Assembly: GCA_038248855.1 (NCBI GenBank)
Contig: JBBRXA010000007.1
Coordinates: 5,997-69,996, forward strand
Reading direction: 5' to 3'
Length of the DNA stretch: 64,000 bases
DNA from: Bacteroidales bacterium
GTDB lineage: Bacteria > Bacteroidota > Bacteroidia > Bacteroidales > VadinHA17
Positions 1-9,874 of the stretch are shown here, in pieces. The position numbers and the translations under genes are program-made. The notes beneath the pieces are model-generated. The model searched no databases. It had not been told where the DNA came from and saw only the letters and a program-made list of their open reading frames with translations. How positions within the stretch are numbered: position 1 is the first letter of the stretch; each line of letters begins with the position of its first letter.

Positions 1-847
1 CGGGATTGCTGATAAGAAGGTATGCAGGGATATAGGGATATTTGTCCTTGAGCGTCCTGCACAGGTTCACCGGACTCTCTTTATCGACACCGACCATAAT
101 AATAATCATGTCATAGTGTCTGACCTCGAGGCGGCTCAGCACTTCTTCCTCGCCGTAGACACCGGTGACCCGCGGAATCGAGGTGAGGCTCAGCTGGTAG
201 TATACGCCGAGGATATAGTCGGAAAAGCGGCCCTCGCCTTCGATGGAATAGGCGTCATAGAGGTTTGCCACCAGGAGTATTTCCTTCACCATAAAGGGCA
301 TGAGGTCATGAAAGACATCCCTCTCGGCATTATGCCTGTCAAGGAATTGCTGCAGCATCTTTCTGCTTGATACTACTTTGTCCTCTTCTTCCTCCTTTTG
401 AGTTACCTGTTCAGCCAGGGTCAGGGATCTTGCAAGGTATCCGTTTATATATCTTGTCAGCAAGTGGGCGATATTGCGGATCAGATCACGCTCCTCCTTC
501 AGGAACGGGCCTTCACTCTCAACAGGGAAATCACAGGAATAAAAGATCTCAATGGAACCCTTTGAATTATCCATCGCGGTAAAGTCCTGCACCATTCTCC
601 ATTCGGATTCGCGAAAATCCGCGGTTTCAAAGGACTTATTGCGGTAGCTGATCCGTACCGAAGTGAAAGCTGGAAACTGCCAGGCGGCCGGAAGTAGCAG
701 CGTGATCTGCTGAAGAGAGGCATCAATGGGTTTGCCCTCCTTTAGTATGAGGGTTGTGGCGTTGATGCAGGCCAGCTCTTTCAGTCTCTCAGTCTGCTGG
801 ACCTGCGAAGGGTCAAGTTCCGGATTTTTTTGGGTCAGTTCATCCAT
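1..847 (-). CDS. Multidomain sensor/regulatory protein, N-terminal ~282 codons only (rest beyond window edge). It has a receiver-like domain and may belong to the PEP/pyruvate-binding-domain regulator type.
   Basis: Hand translation of the minus strand from ATG 847 gives MDELTQKNPELDPSQVQQTERLKELACINATT...FLKEERDLIRNIAHLL...VKEILLVANLYDAYSIEGEGRFSDYILG... and stays open to position 2. It is absent from the ORF track only because no stop lies in the window. The product name rests on motif memory. Confidence 0.55.
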   Translation of the reverse strand, partial: MDELTQKNPELDPSQVQQTERLKELACINATTLILKEGKPIDASLQQITLLLPAAWQFPAFTSVRISYRNKSFETADFRESEWRMVQDFTAMDNSKGSIEIFYSCDFPVESEGPFLKEERDLIRNIAHLLTRYINGYLARSLTLAEQVTQKEEEEDKVVSSRKMLQQFLDRHNAERDVFHDLMPFMVKEILLVANLYDAYSIEGEGRFSDYILGVYYQLSLTSIPRVTGVYGEEEVLSRLEVRHYDMIIIMVGVDKESPVNLCRTLKDKYPYIPAYLLISNP

Positions 848-875
848 TGGCTGAAAGTCGGTCTGATCAGGGGAC

Positions 876-909
876 AAAAATAACAAAAACCCCCGTTGCC
901 AAAGGGGGT
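876..909 (-). terminator. Rho-independent terminator downstream of korB
   Basis: On the minus strand: ACCCCC-TTTGGCAAC-GGGGGT hairpin (889-909) followed by TTTTGTTATTTTTG. A second small hairpin CTCCCG-GTA-CGGGAG sits at 950-964. Confidence 0.6.
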
Positions 910-966
910 CATGTTATGAAAATATATATTCATACCGGCAGGTTACTGCCTCCCGGTACGGGAGAT

Positions 967-1986
967 TTACACTTCCCAGGTAGAACCCTCACGGAGCAGG
1001 TCATCAACACATTTGATTTTCGACTTCGCCTGTATCGCTATATGCTGTTCGACCATCGCACCGTCATAGGTCTGGGTTTCCACAGCACGGATAATTCCGA
1101 GTGCGACAGGGTATTCGGGATACTTCATTCCGGCAAGCATATAATGGATCCCGGGGTTTGGCTCGTGGGCATCGTGCACCAGAAGATCCTTTTCGGTGAT
1201 CCCGTTCTCGCCAGGCTTCACGACCTTCAGCTTCAGGCCTTCGAGCATAATCCCCTTGTCCTGCTCCTTGCCAAATATCATTGGCTTGCCGTGATGCAGC
1301 AAAATGGTCCTGTCATCCCTGGTCTCCTTGTCGGTGATTTCGTCGTGCACACCGTCATTGAAGATGACACAGTTCTGCAGAACTTCCACAACCGATGTGC
1401 CGTGAAACCGGGCAGCCGCTTTATAAACTTCAGTTGAGACCTGGACACTGTAGTCCACCGTGCGGGCGAAGAAGCGTCCGTTGGCGCCAAGAACCAGTTC
1501 ACCTATCTTGAAAGGCTCTTCAATGGTGCCGTACGGTGATGTTTTGGTGACAAGACCCTTGCGGGAGGTCGGTGAATACTGACCTTTCGTAAGACCGTAG
1601 ATCTCATTGTTGAAAAGGATCAGGTTAATATCTATGTTTCTCCTTACGGCATGGATGAAGTGGTTTCCGCCGATTGCCAGTGCGTCGCCGTCACCGGTCA
1701 TTTCCCAGACCATCAGGTCAGGGTTCGCTATCTTGACGCCGGTGGCGATGGCCGCAGCACGTCCGTGGATGCCGTGGAATCCGTAGGCATTCATGTAATA
1801 GGGCAACCTCGACGAGCATCCTATTCCTGAGACGAAAACATTATTCTCTTTCGGTATATTAAGCTCAGCCATTGCTCTCTGAATAGAGGCAAGGATGCCA
1901 TGATCACCGCAGCCCGGGCACCATCTGACCTCCTGGTCGCTTTTAAAATCCTTAGCAGTAAACTGTACTGTCTGTGTTTCAGCCAT
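967..1986 (-). CDS. korB: 2-oxoglutarate/2-oxoacid:ferredoxin oxidoreductase, beta (TPP-binding) subunit
   Basis: 339 aa with RWCPGCGDHGIL and GDGD TPP-type motifs. Its start lies 1 nt after the korA stop. Confidence 0.9.
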   Translation of the reverse strand: MAETQTVQFTAKDFKSDQEVRWCPGCGDHGILASIQRAMAELNIPKENNVFVSGIGCSSRLPYYMNAYGFHGIHGRAAAIATGVKIANPDLMVWEMTGDGDALAIGGNHFIHAVRRNIDINLILFNNEIYGLTKGQYSPTSRKGLVTKTSPYGTIEEPFKIGELVLGANGRFFARTVDYSVQVSTEVYKAAARFHGTSVVEVLQNCVIFNDGVHDEITDKETRDDRTILLHHGKPMIFGKEQDKGIMLEGLKLKVVKPGENGITEKDLLVHDAHEPNPGIHYMLAGMKYPEYPVALGIIRAVETQTYDGAMVEQHIAIQAKSKIKCVDDLLREGSTWEV

Positions 1987-1987
1987 C

Positions 1988-3835
1988 TTATTTTCCCTCC
2001 AATAATTTAATGCAATAATCCTTGATCTCCTGAACCGTGAACGGCAGGCCCTGAATCTTGTTACACTGATGATAGGTGAACCCGGGATGCTTCATCCGGA
2101 GATAATTGGCAAACTGGCCGTAGTTCAGTTCACAGACTACAAGCTTCTTATAGTTTGCAAATATTTTTGCGGTATTCTTCGGCAGCGGCCTGATATAGTT
2201 AAATTGTGCTGCACCTACGCTGTAACCCTCTTTCTGAAGCTCCTCAAGTGCTGTAATTATATGGCCGTAGGTGCTGCCCCATCCGATCATCAGAAGGTCA
2301 CCCTTCTTTTTGCCCGACACTTTCAGATCGGGAACATCGGATACAATTCTTTCTACCTTTTCATCCCTGATCTTAACCATATACTCGTGGTTTTCAGGGG
2401 TATAAGAGACGTTGCCCTTGGTTGTCTTTTCAAGGCCGCCGATGCGGTGCTCCAATCCGGGTGTACCGGGTATTGCCCACTTGCGGACAAGGGTATCCTT
2501 ATCCCTGGCGTATGCCTGGTATTCCTTGTCTTCCTTCACCGCGAACGGCGGATGAATGGCCGGCAGGTCTTTCATGTCCGGTATGCGCCACGGTTCCGAG
2601 CCGTTGGCGAGGAAGCTGTCAGTAAGAAGTATGACCGGAGTCATATGCTCCAGGGCAATGCGACCTGCCTCAAAGGCATAATGGAAGCAGTCTGACGGGG
2701 TGCTGGCGGCAATCACTGCCACCGGGCTTTCGCCGTTGCGGCCGTACAGTGCCTGCATCAAATCACTCTGTTCTGTCTTTGTGGGAAGGCCTGTGGAAGG
2801 GCCGCCGCGCTGCACGTCTACAATGACTATCGGCAGCTCCGTCATCACGGCAAGGCCGATCGCTTCTGATTTAAGAGCAAGACCGGGACCCGAGGTCGAA
2901 GTCACGGCCAGCCTGCCGGCGAAGCTGGCTCCGATTGCGGTGCATATACCTGCTATCTCATCCTCGGCCTGAATGCTTTTGGCTCCCAGATCCTTACGCA
3001 GGGCAAGCTCTTCAAGAACACCCGTTGCAGGTGTTATGGGGTATGACCCGATAAAAAGCTTCATTCCCGCCTTCTCGGCTGCGGCCAGTAATCCCCAGGC
3101 TGTTGCGGTGTTGCCGTTGATATTCCTGTATGTGCCTTTGGCTATGGGCGCCGGATTTACCTTGAATGAGGGTGTGAGCGCCTCAATGGTCTCTGCGTAA
3201 TAATAGCCGGCCCTCAATACTATCTTGTTCGCCTCTGCTACGAGCGGCTTTTTGCCGCCGAACTTTTCGTCGACATAGTCTTCCGTGTATGCTAGCTGGC
3301 TGTCAAATAGCCAGTAGAGCATCCCAAGGGCAAACATGTTCTTGGTTTTGAGAACAGTTTTGGGATCGAGTTCAAGGTCTTTCAGCGCCTCCTTTACGAG
3401 TGAAGTTATGGGTGCAGCAATAAGGTTGCGGTCTTCAAGTTTGTCCTCCTTGAAAGGGTCCGACTGGTATCCTGCCCGGAGAATATGTTTCTCAGTGAAA
3501 TTATCCGAGTCGAAAATAATTGTGGCGTGCGGATGTACCCATCTTGCATTTGCGCGGACGGCTGCCGGATTCATTGCAACCAGCACATCTGCATAGTCAC
3601 CCGGAGTATTGATATGTTTCCTGCCGATGTGTACCTGAAATCCTGATACACCTCCGACGGTCCCCTGGGGGGCCCTGATCTCTGCGGGGTAGTCCGGGAA
3701 GGTGGAGAGGTCGTTTCCGAAGAGCGCCGAGGTGTTTGAAAAGAGTGTGCCTGTGAGTTGCATCCCGTCACCGGAGTCTCCCGAGAACCTGATCACAACG
3801 GCATCTTTTTCTATGACCTTTGATCTTTTTGCCAT
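1988..3835 (-). CDS. korA: 2-oxoglutarate/2-oxoacid:ferredoxin oxidoreductase, alpha subunit (fused gamma-alpha type)
   Basis: 615 aa with FSGDSGDGMQ and GSYPITPAT motifs typical of KorA. Adjacent to korB. Confidence 0.9.
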   Translation of the reverse strand: MAKRSKVIEKDAVVIRFSGDSGDGMQLTGTLFSNTSALFGNDLSTFPDYPAEIRAPQGTVGGVSGFQVHIGRKHINTPGDYADVLVAMNPAAVRANARWVHPHATIIFDSDNFTEKHILRAGYQSDPFKEDKLEDRNLIAAPITSLVKEALKDLELDPKTVLKTKNMFALGMLYWLFDSQLAYTEDYVDEKFGGKKPLVAEANKIVLRAGYYYAETIEALTPSFKVNPAPIAKGTYRNINGNTATAWGLLAAAEKAGMKLFIGSYPITPATGVLEELALRKDLGAKSIQAEDEIAGICTAIGASFAGRLAVTSTSGPGLALKSEAIGLAVMTELPIVIVDVQRGGPSTGLPTKTEQSDLMQALYGRNGESPVAVIAASTPSDCFHYAFEAGRIALEHMTPVILLTDSFLANGSEPWRIPDMKDLPAIHPPFAVKEDKEYQAYARDKDTLVRKWAIPGTPGLEHRIGGLEKTTKGNVSYTPENHEYMVKIRDEKVERIVSDVPDLKVSGKKKGDLLMIGWGSTYGHIITALEELQKEGYSVGAAQFNYIRPLPKNTAKIFANYKKLVVCELNYGQFANYLRMKHPGFTYHQCNKIQGLPFTVQEIKDYCIKLLEGK

Positions 3836-3873
3836 GATTTACAATAAAATTATGATTATGTTTTAAACGTGTA

Positions 3874-3881
3874 CAAAAGTA
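3874..3881 (-). promoter_or_regulatory. Candidate Bacteroidota -7 promoter box (TACTTTTG) for korAB
   Basis: The minus strand reads TACTTTTG, matching TAnnTTTG, about 38 nt upstream of the korA ATG. Confidence 0.35.
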
Positions 3882-3936
3882 ACCATATTAACACCCCTAA
3901 GTTCATAATAAAGATTACAACGGGCTATGATTTTGG

Positions 3937-4746
3937 TCATGTCCAGATATCTGCCTTTTCGAGGTACAGATTGCCCTCAAAAAACATCCTGGCTATCTTT
4001 TCGAAGTACTCTGTGTAGTCTGATACAAAGAAGAGGTCATGACCGGCTGCCGGTCCGTCATTTATAAGACTGTGTTTTTCAAGTACCTCCCGAAGCCTGG
4101 CTGCCACAATACGGGCGGAGTCGACAATCTCCAGGTTGAAGTTGAAGAATTTGCTGATCTGGTTTCTGATGATTGGATAATGGGTACATCCGAGGATCAG
4201 CGCCTCGATATTGTTCAGATTGCTGTCAGAGAGATATGTGCGGATGATTGCATTGCTGATATCATCAAAAATAAAACCCTCTTCAATCATGGGTACCAGC
4301 AGGGGGGTGGCCAGTGAGCATACCTCGGTCGAGGGTGAGGTGTCACGGATCATCCTGTCATATGTTCCTGAGATTATAGTTCTTTTTGTTCCGATGACCC
4401 CTACCCTTTTGAAATTTCTGGAAGCTACATATTCAACAACCGGGTTGATGACATCCATAATTATGACTCTGTCACTGAATTCTTTCTGAAGGGTCTCGTA
4501 AGCAGAGGCAGAGGCAGAGTTGCAGGCTATGAGAACCATTTTGGCATCATACCCCAGGAGGAATTCGGTTATTCCCCGTGAATATGCTTTAATTGCTTCG
4601 GCAGATTTGTCGCCGTAAGGAAGGTGGGCGGTATCGCCAAAATAGATGATTGTCTCGCCGGGCAGTGTCTGCCTTATGGCATGAGCAACCGTCAGGCCCC
4701 CTACACCTGAGTCGAAGATGCCTATCGGCCGTTTCACGCTTTCCAT
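3937..4746 (-). CDS. murI: Glutamate racemase
   Basis: 269 aa with GIFDSGVGGLTV, IACNSAS and LGCTHYP motifs. Confidence 0.92.
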   Translation of the reverse strand: MESVKRPIGIFDSGVGGLTVAHAIRQTLPGETIIYFGDTAHLPYGDKSAEAIKAYSRGITEFLLGYDAKMVLIACNSASASAYETLQKEFSDRVIIMDVINPVVEYVASRNFKRVGVIGTKRTIISGTYDRMIRDTSPSTEVCSLATPLLVPMIEEGFIFDDISNAIIRTYLSDSNLNNIEALILGCTHYPIIRNQISKFFNFNLEIVDSARIVAARLREVLEKHSLINDGPAAGHDLFFVSDYTEYFEKIARMFFEGNLYLEKADIWT

Positions 4747-4751
4747 CTGCT

Positions 4752-4789
4752 TTTTAAAATAAAGGCTGCCCGCCGGTTGGAGGGCAGCC
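4752..4789 (-). terminator. Rho-independent terminator after the bamA-ompH-ompH unit
   Basis: GGCTGCCC/GGGCAGCC 8-bp stem (4764-4789) followed on the minus strand by TTTATTTTAAAAA. Confidence 0.6.
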
Positions 4790-4809
4790 CTGTAACTGAT
4801 ATATAAGAA

Positions 4810-5322
4810 TTACTTCAAACCCAGCTTGGCCTTGACCAGCGGGGTGAGATCCGTACTTTTCACCGGGTCAAAATAGACGAGGGTGCGAACATCATATACA
4901 TATATGAAGCCGCCATCCTTGGCTACCTGTGTGATTGTAGCACCGGCCTTCTCAATTATGGGATTAAGCAGTTCGGCCTGTTTTTCCTGAAGCTGAACCT
5001 GTGCCTGCTGCTGGAAGTTGTTGATCCTGTTCTGCATGTCACCCAGTTCCTGCTCTTTATTTGCCTTTACAAGCTCGGTGAAATTTTTGCTCTCCTTAAC
5101 ATACTGGTCAAGTTTGTTATTATACTCGACCTGCATCAGCTCCAAAGCATTGGTTAGCTCCTGTCCGAAGGCGTTGTACTGTTTCATTGCTGTGTCATAG
5201 TCAGGCATAGCCATTATGACGTCATCGCGGTTGATGTGCCCTGTCTTGAATGACTGTGCAGCCGCTTCCTGTGCTGATAACATCATGGCAGCGAACAGGA
5301 GTATTCCGAATACTTTTTTCAT
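4810..5322 (-). CDS. ompH: OmpH/Skp-family periplasmic chaperone
   Basis: Signal peptide MKKVFGILLFAAMMLSAQEAAAQ followed by a K/E/Q-rich coiled-coil body. ATG 5322 is preferred over the track's TTG at 5352. Confidence 0.85.
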   Translation of the reverse strand: MKKVFGILLFAAMMLSAQEAAAQSFKTGHINRDDVIMAMPDYDTAMKQYNAFGQELTNALELMQVEYNNKLDQYVKESKNFTELVKANKEQELGDMQNRINNFQQQAQVQLQEKQAELLNPIIEKAGATITQVAKDGGFIYVYDVRTLVYFDPVKSTDLTPLVKAKLGLK

Positions 5323-5362
5323 GTCTTTTCTGTGAATTTTTAAATCGTGCAAATGTAATTAT

Positions 5363-5878
5363 TTATTTTTTGTAACCTAATTTCTCAAGGACCTGGTCGG
5401 AGAGATCGAATTTCGGGTTGGCGAAGAGTATGTTCGACCCGGTGGAGGTGTCAAATATCACTGCGTAGCTTCCTTCGACGGATATCTCCTTTATGGCTTT
5501 CAGTATTTCGTCCTGAATAGGTTTAACGAGCTCTTCACGTTTCTTGTAGAGTTCTCCCTCCATTCCAAAATACTTGTTCTGAAGGTCTTTTATCTCCTTC
5601 TCTTTTGCTATGATTGCGTCTTCCCTTTTCTTCTTTTGATCCTGGGACAGAAGGACCACCTCTGCCTGGTAATTCTTATACAGTGACTCGACAGCTGCAT
5701 AACCGTCAGCCACCTCTTTTTCCCATCCTTCGGAAAGCTTGTCAAGCTGCTGCTGAGCGGCAGTGAAGGCAGGTATATTATTGCGTATATATTCGCTGTC
5801 GACAAAAGCGAATTTCTGTGCAGCGCCACTGAGGGTGGCTGCAAGCACCAGGACTGTCAAAACAATAATCTTCTTCAT
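5363..5878 (-). CDS. ompH: OmpH/Skp-family periplasmic chaperone (paralog)
   Basis: 171 aa with signal peptide MKKIIVLTVLVLAATLSGAAQ. Lies immediately downstream of bamA, as in other Bacteroidota. Confidence 0.85.
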   Translation of the reverse strand: MKKIIVLTVLVLAATLSGAAQKFAFVDSEYIRNNIPAFTAAQQQLDKLSEGWEKEVADGYAAVESLYKNYQAEVVLLSQDQKKKREDAIIAKEKEIKDLQNKYFGMEGELYKKREELVKPIQDEILKAIKEISVEGSYAVIFDTSTGSNILFANPKFDLSDQVLEKLGYKK

Positions 5879-5908
5879 AACCTTTTTGTTTATTTAATTT
5901 GCTGTTTT

Positions 5909-8410
5909 TTAGAATTGCTGACCTATTACGAAGTGAAACTGGCTTCCGGAGGCCTCAGGATTGCCCGGCACATCGTCAAACCCGTAGGCCCAGTCTATTC
6001 CGAGGAGCCCGAACATCGGGAGGTTTGCCCTGAGGCCGAAGCCTGCCGAACGGTTCATCCTGAAGGGATTGTATTCCTTGAGGCTGTACCAGGCTTTCCC
6101 CGCCTCGAGGAAGGTAAGTCCGTAAATAGTTGCCTGCGGATTCAGTGAGATGGGGTAACGCAGTTCAAGTGTCAGCTTGGAGTAGACGTTACCAACCTCA
6201 ACCCTCCTGGTTCCCTTTATAATTGTAGGTGTGAGCGAACCGTTTGTATAACCCCTCAGGGCTATGACCTCGCGGCCGTAAAAGCTGTACCCTGTCATGC
6301 CGTCACCGCCAACGTAGAAGTTCTCGAACGGTGAAGGCCCTATATCCTTATTGTAGAAGCCGAGATAGCCGAACGCCGCCCTGGCGTTAAGCACAAGTTT
6401 GTCATTCGATGACAGCGGGTAATAGTAGTCAGCCTTGAATACCGTTTTATAAAACTCTATCCACCTGTACTTATCCTGATCATTCGCGGTTGAGAAATCC
6501 TTGCCGCTGATGACTGAATAAGGCGGAGTGGCCTGCAATGAGAGCGAGAAGGTAGACCCGCTGCGGGGATATATTGTATTTGGTCCGGCCGAAAATCTTG
6601 TTATCCTTGCAGTAATTGATGCCAGGTTCGACACACCGTTATCAAAAAGGAACTGGAACTGGGTGTAATTGAGCATGCTGTACCGCTGGAAGCTTCCCTC
6701 ATAATAGACCGAGAAATAGTCGTCAGGCCATTCCAGCCTTTTTCCGAAGCCCACCGAGCCTCCGTCTATTATCATATGCTGCCTCCCGTCTTCATCCATC
6801 CGTTTGGCATTGGTCATTACCGAACGGAAATAAGAGAGCGAAAGGGTATTTGGTTTTTTGCCGCCCAGCCAGGGTTCGATGAAAGAGAGGTTGTACGACT
6901 GGTAAATGCGGCCGTTTGACTGTGCCCTGATGCTCAGCGACTGACCGTCTCCCGAGGGATAGGGTCTCCACTCGCTCCATTTGAAAAAGTTGCGGATGGC
7001 GAAGTTGTTAAACTTTACTCCTACAGTTCCGACGAGCATCTGCGCACCCCAGCCACCGGAAATCTCGAACTGGTCATTTGCCTTTTCCTCCAGTTCGTAT
7101 AACAGGTCGACGGTACCGTTGATCTGGTCAGGTATGGGCAGCGGGTTGATCTTCTCAGGGTCGAAGTGACCCAACACTGCCACCTGTCTCACGGAGCGGA
7201 TGATCTTCTCCTTGCTGAACAGGTCACCGGGATTTGTAAACAGTTCACGCCTCGCTACATGTTCATTGGTGCGGGTGTTGCCCGAAATAATTACATCATT
7301 AAGGTTTGCAGGATCGCCCTCGAAGATCCTCACCTCGAGGTCAATCGAGTCACCCTCCACCTTCTGTTCAACAGGTGTAAGCCTCGAGAAGAGGTATCCG
7401 TAGTCGAGATAAAGGGAGTTCACGGCATCCTGATCCTCCGTAAGCCTCTTGTTGATCATGGTCTGGTTATAGACTTCACCGGAAGGGAAGTTGAAGACCC
7501 TGGTGAGTTGATCCTTTGAATAGATGCTGTTTCCCACCCAGTCTACATTGCGTAGGTAATACTGGTTGCCTTCATTAACCTTCATTACCAGGACAATCTT
7601 TCCGTCTTCGATAGCATATGTAGAATCCATAACAAGCCTGAAGTCGCGGAAACCGTTCTCATTGTAGAAGCTCACAAGGCTTTCGCGGTCTTCATCTAAC
7701 TTGGTCTCAATGTATTTCGATCCCTTGAAGATGTTGAGGTCCTTCTGTTTGGTGTTTTTCATCACCCTGCGCAGCCTTTTGGCATCGAAAAATTCATTTC
7801 CTGTAAACTGTATTTCGTCGATCCTGACCTTCTCATGCTTGTTAACCACAACATTGAGAGTCACGTTATTGGGCATATCAGGGTCATCTTTCTGGATTAT
7901 GTCAACTTCAGTGTTCAGAAATCCCTTTTCGACATAGTGTTCGGTGATGATCCTTTTTGCCTTATTGAGAAGGTGGGCTGTTACCTGTGAACCGTTGGGA
8001 AGGCTTAGCTTCTCAATTATATCAGTCTCTTCAGACTTTCTGATGCCTTCGAAATTCAATGAGGAGAGTCTGGGCCGTTCCTGCAGATAAATGTCAAGCC
8101 AGATGTTGTCGCCTTCTCTGTTTGCTACTGTAATCTTAACGTCGGAGAAGAGTCCCTGGGCCCACAGTTTTTTAACCGATGATGTAATCTGTTCTCCAGG
8201 TATCTCGATCTTCTGCCCGATCCTCAGTCCTGATATTCCAATCAGTGCGTTGGGCTCAAGGTATTTAACCCCTGAGATGGATATGCCGGCAATTGTATAT
8301 TCCTCAGGATAAAGGAAATTGACAATTTTTTCAGTTGTCTGGCCTGAGGAGGCCGCTCCGGGGATTATCAAAACGAAAAGGATAAGTAGTCTCCTGATTT
8401 TTTCTCTCAT
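5909..8410 (-). CDS. bamA: Outer membrane protein assembly factor BamA
   Basis: 833 aa with a signal peptide, POTRA-like repeats and a C-terminal barrel ending HFVIGQQF. Confidence 0.93.
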   Translation of the reverse strand: MREKIRRLLILFVLIIPGAASSGQTTEKIVNFLYPEEYTIAGISISGVKYLEPNALIGISGLRIGQKIEIPGEQITSSVKKLWAQGLFSDVKITVANREGDNIWLDIYLQERPRLSSLNFEGIRKSEETDIIEKLSLPNGSQVTAHLLNKAKRIITEHYVEKGFLNTEVDIIQKDDPDMPNNVTLNVVVNKHEKVRIDEIQFTGNEFFDAKRLRRVMKNTKQKDLNIFKGSKYIETKLDEDRESLVSFYNENGFRDFRLVMDSTYAIEDGKIVLVMKVNEGNQYYLRNVDWVGNSIYSKDQLTRVFNFPSGEVYNQTMINKRLTEDQDAVNSLYLDYGYLFSRLTPVEQKVEGDSIDLEVRIFEGDPANLNDVIISGNTRTNEHVARRELFTNPGDLFSKEKIIRSVRQVAVLGHFDPEKINPLPIPDQINGTVDLLYELEEKANDQFEISGGWGAQMLVGTVGVKFNNFAIRNFFKWSEWRPYPSGDGQSLSIRAQSNGRIYQSYNLSFIEPWLGGKKPNTLSLSYFRSVMTNAKRMDEDGRQHMIIDGGSVGFGKRLEWPDDYFSVYYEGSFQRYSMLNYTQFQFLFDNGVSNLASITARITRFSAGPNTIYPRSGSTFSLSLQATPPYSVISGKDFSTANDQDKYRWIEFYKTVFKADYYYPLSSNDKLVLNARAAFGYLGFYNKDIGPSPFENFYVGGDGMTGYSFYGREVIALRGYTNGSLTPTIIKGTRRVEVGNVYSKLTLELRYPISLNPQATIYGLTFLEAGKAWYSLKEYNPFRMNRSAGFGLRANLPMFGLLGIDWAYGFDDVPGNPEASGSQFHFVIGQQF

Positions 8411-8414
8411 TTGT

Positions 8415-9164
8415 TCAGTTGTTTTCCGCTATCTGCTCACTTGTCTTTCCGAATCTTCTTTCCCTTTTCTGGAAGTTGGCAACTGCCTTGTAAAAATCTT
8501 CCTTACCAAAATCGGGCCAAAGTTTTTCGGTAAAATATAGTTCTGAATACGCCAGTTGCCAGAGGAGGAAATTGCTTATACGCTTTTCTCCGCTGGTACG
8601 GATCATCAGTTCAGGATTGGGGATACCCGCCGTAGACAGATAATCGGCCAGGGTATCTTCCGTTATTTCTGATATGTCAATTTTTTTATCCTCCACATCC
8701 GCTGCTATTCTGCGGCACGCTTCAGTTATCTCCCATTTTGACGAGTAACTGAGTGCAACTATAAGTGTCATCCGGCTGCCGGCGGCAGTCAGGCTGATTG
8801 TTTCGAGAAGGCTGGTGCGCATCTCCGGGGAAAGGCGGTTGATATCGCCAATCACCTTCAGGGCGATTTCGTTTTTAAGCAGTGTATCAGTCTCGTTGTT
8901 GAGCGAGGAGACCATCAGGTCCATCAGCGCCGATACCTCTTCACCGGGTCTGTTCCAGTTCTCGGTAGAGAATGCGTAGAGTGTCAGATATCTGATGCCT
9001 GCTTCAGCGGCAGCCTCGATGACCTTACGGACGGCGACAACACCCTGCTGGTGTCCGTAGACCCTTTCACGGCCCCGGCGGTGCGCCCACCTACCGTTGC
9101 CGTCCATAATCACTGCAACATGCTTAGGAAGCCTGTTCTTGTCTATTTGTTCCCTGAAGGTCAA
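8415..9164 (-). CDS. uppS: Isoprenyl transferase (undecaprenyl diphosphate synthase)
   Basis: HVAVIMDGNGRWA and RTSGEKRISNFLLWQ motifs. No ATG lies upstream of the motif. A TTG at 9164 overlaps the upstream stop (TTGA) and gives ~249 aa. The track's TTG at 9212 would overlap the upstream gene by 52 nt. Confidence 0.88.
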   Translation of the reverse strand: MTFREQIDKNRLPKHVAVIMDGNGRWAHRRGRERVYGHQQGVVAVRKVIEAAAEAGIRYLTLYAFSTENWNRPGEEVSALMDLMVSSLNNETDTLLKNEIALKVIGDINRLSPEMRTSLLETISLTAAGSRMTLIVALSYSSKWEITEACRRIAADVEDKKIDISEITEDTLADYLSTAGIPNPELMIRTSGEKRISNFLLWQLAYSELYFTEKLWPDFGKEDFYKAVANFQKRERRFGKTSEQIAENN

Positions 9165-9850
9165 TTCTGTTTCTTTCTTTTTTTCTCCACGTCTCCTGCA
9201 AACGCCGGACAACCGACCAGTTTATTGTAAATCTTCCAGGTGAATGAAACACCCATAAAACTGTACCAGTCATTGTTATGCATCCATGTCAGATCTTCGG
9301 GATCCACCATGTCAGTCAGGCCGTCAAAGTTATCATAAAATGTTTTACGAAAACCATATTCGAATTCAAGACCGATATTGTTGCCAACATTTATCTTGAA
9401 TCCGGCAGAGAATGGTATTGAAGGAAAGATCGAAAGATCCGCGGTGTTAACGAGCGTTACCGCAGCTCCTGCGGCTATGTAAGGGGTATAGTCAACACGG
9501 CGGCTGCGTTGTGTCGAGTAAGGGAAGAAGTTATATTCGTATGTTAGTCCAAGTTCACCGAGCATGCCGGAAAAAGAGTCGTCGCCGGGGGGAGTCATGA
9601 GATTGTTGATATCAAGGTCTTCGGCCCTGATCTGCCCTCCGAGAAGGTTTGCCCTCACCGCCTGCCTGGGGTTGAAGTTGTACCTGTAAAACAGGCTGGC
9701 AGCAGGACCGGGATTGCTAAAGAGGTTGACAGTGTTGAGTTCTCCAAGGTAATTCAGGATACCTGCAGAGAAGCCGTAGTCAGCTGAGCGCTGGCCATTC
9801 GCAGACATCAGGGATGCGAGCAGAAAAAGTGATATTAAGGTTTTTCTCAT
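9161..9850 (-). CDS. Outer-membrane beta-barrel protein (DUF6089-like)
   Basis: 229 aa with signal peptide MRKTLISLFLLASLMSANGQ, alternating aromatic/Gly beta-strand pattern and a C-terminal ...FTWKI. It occupies the uppS-nadK neighbourhood typical of this family (from memory). Confidence 0.65.
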   Translation of the reverse strand: MRKTLISLFLLASLMSANGQRSADYGFSAGILNYLGELNTVNLFSNPGPAASLFYRYNFNPRQAVRANLLGGQIRAEDLDINNLMTPPGDDSFSGMLGELGLTYEYNFFPYSTQRSRRVDYTPYIAAGAAVTLVNTADLSIFPSIPFSAGFKINVGNNIGLEFEYGFRKTFYDNFDGLTDMVDPEDLTWMHNNDWYSFMGVSFTWKIYNKLVGCPAFAGDVEKKRKKQN

Positions 9851-9874
9851 GCCTCTGACGGTGTCAATTGATAA

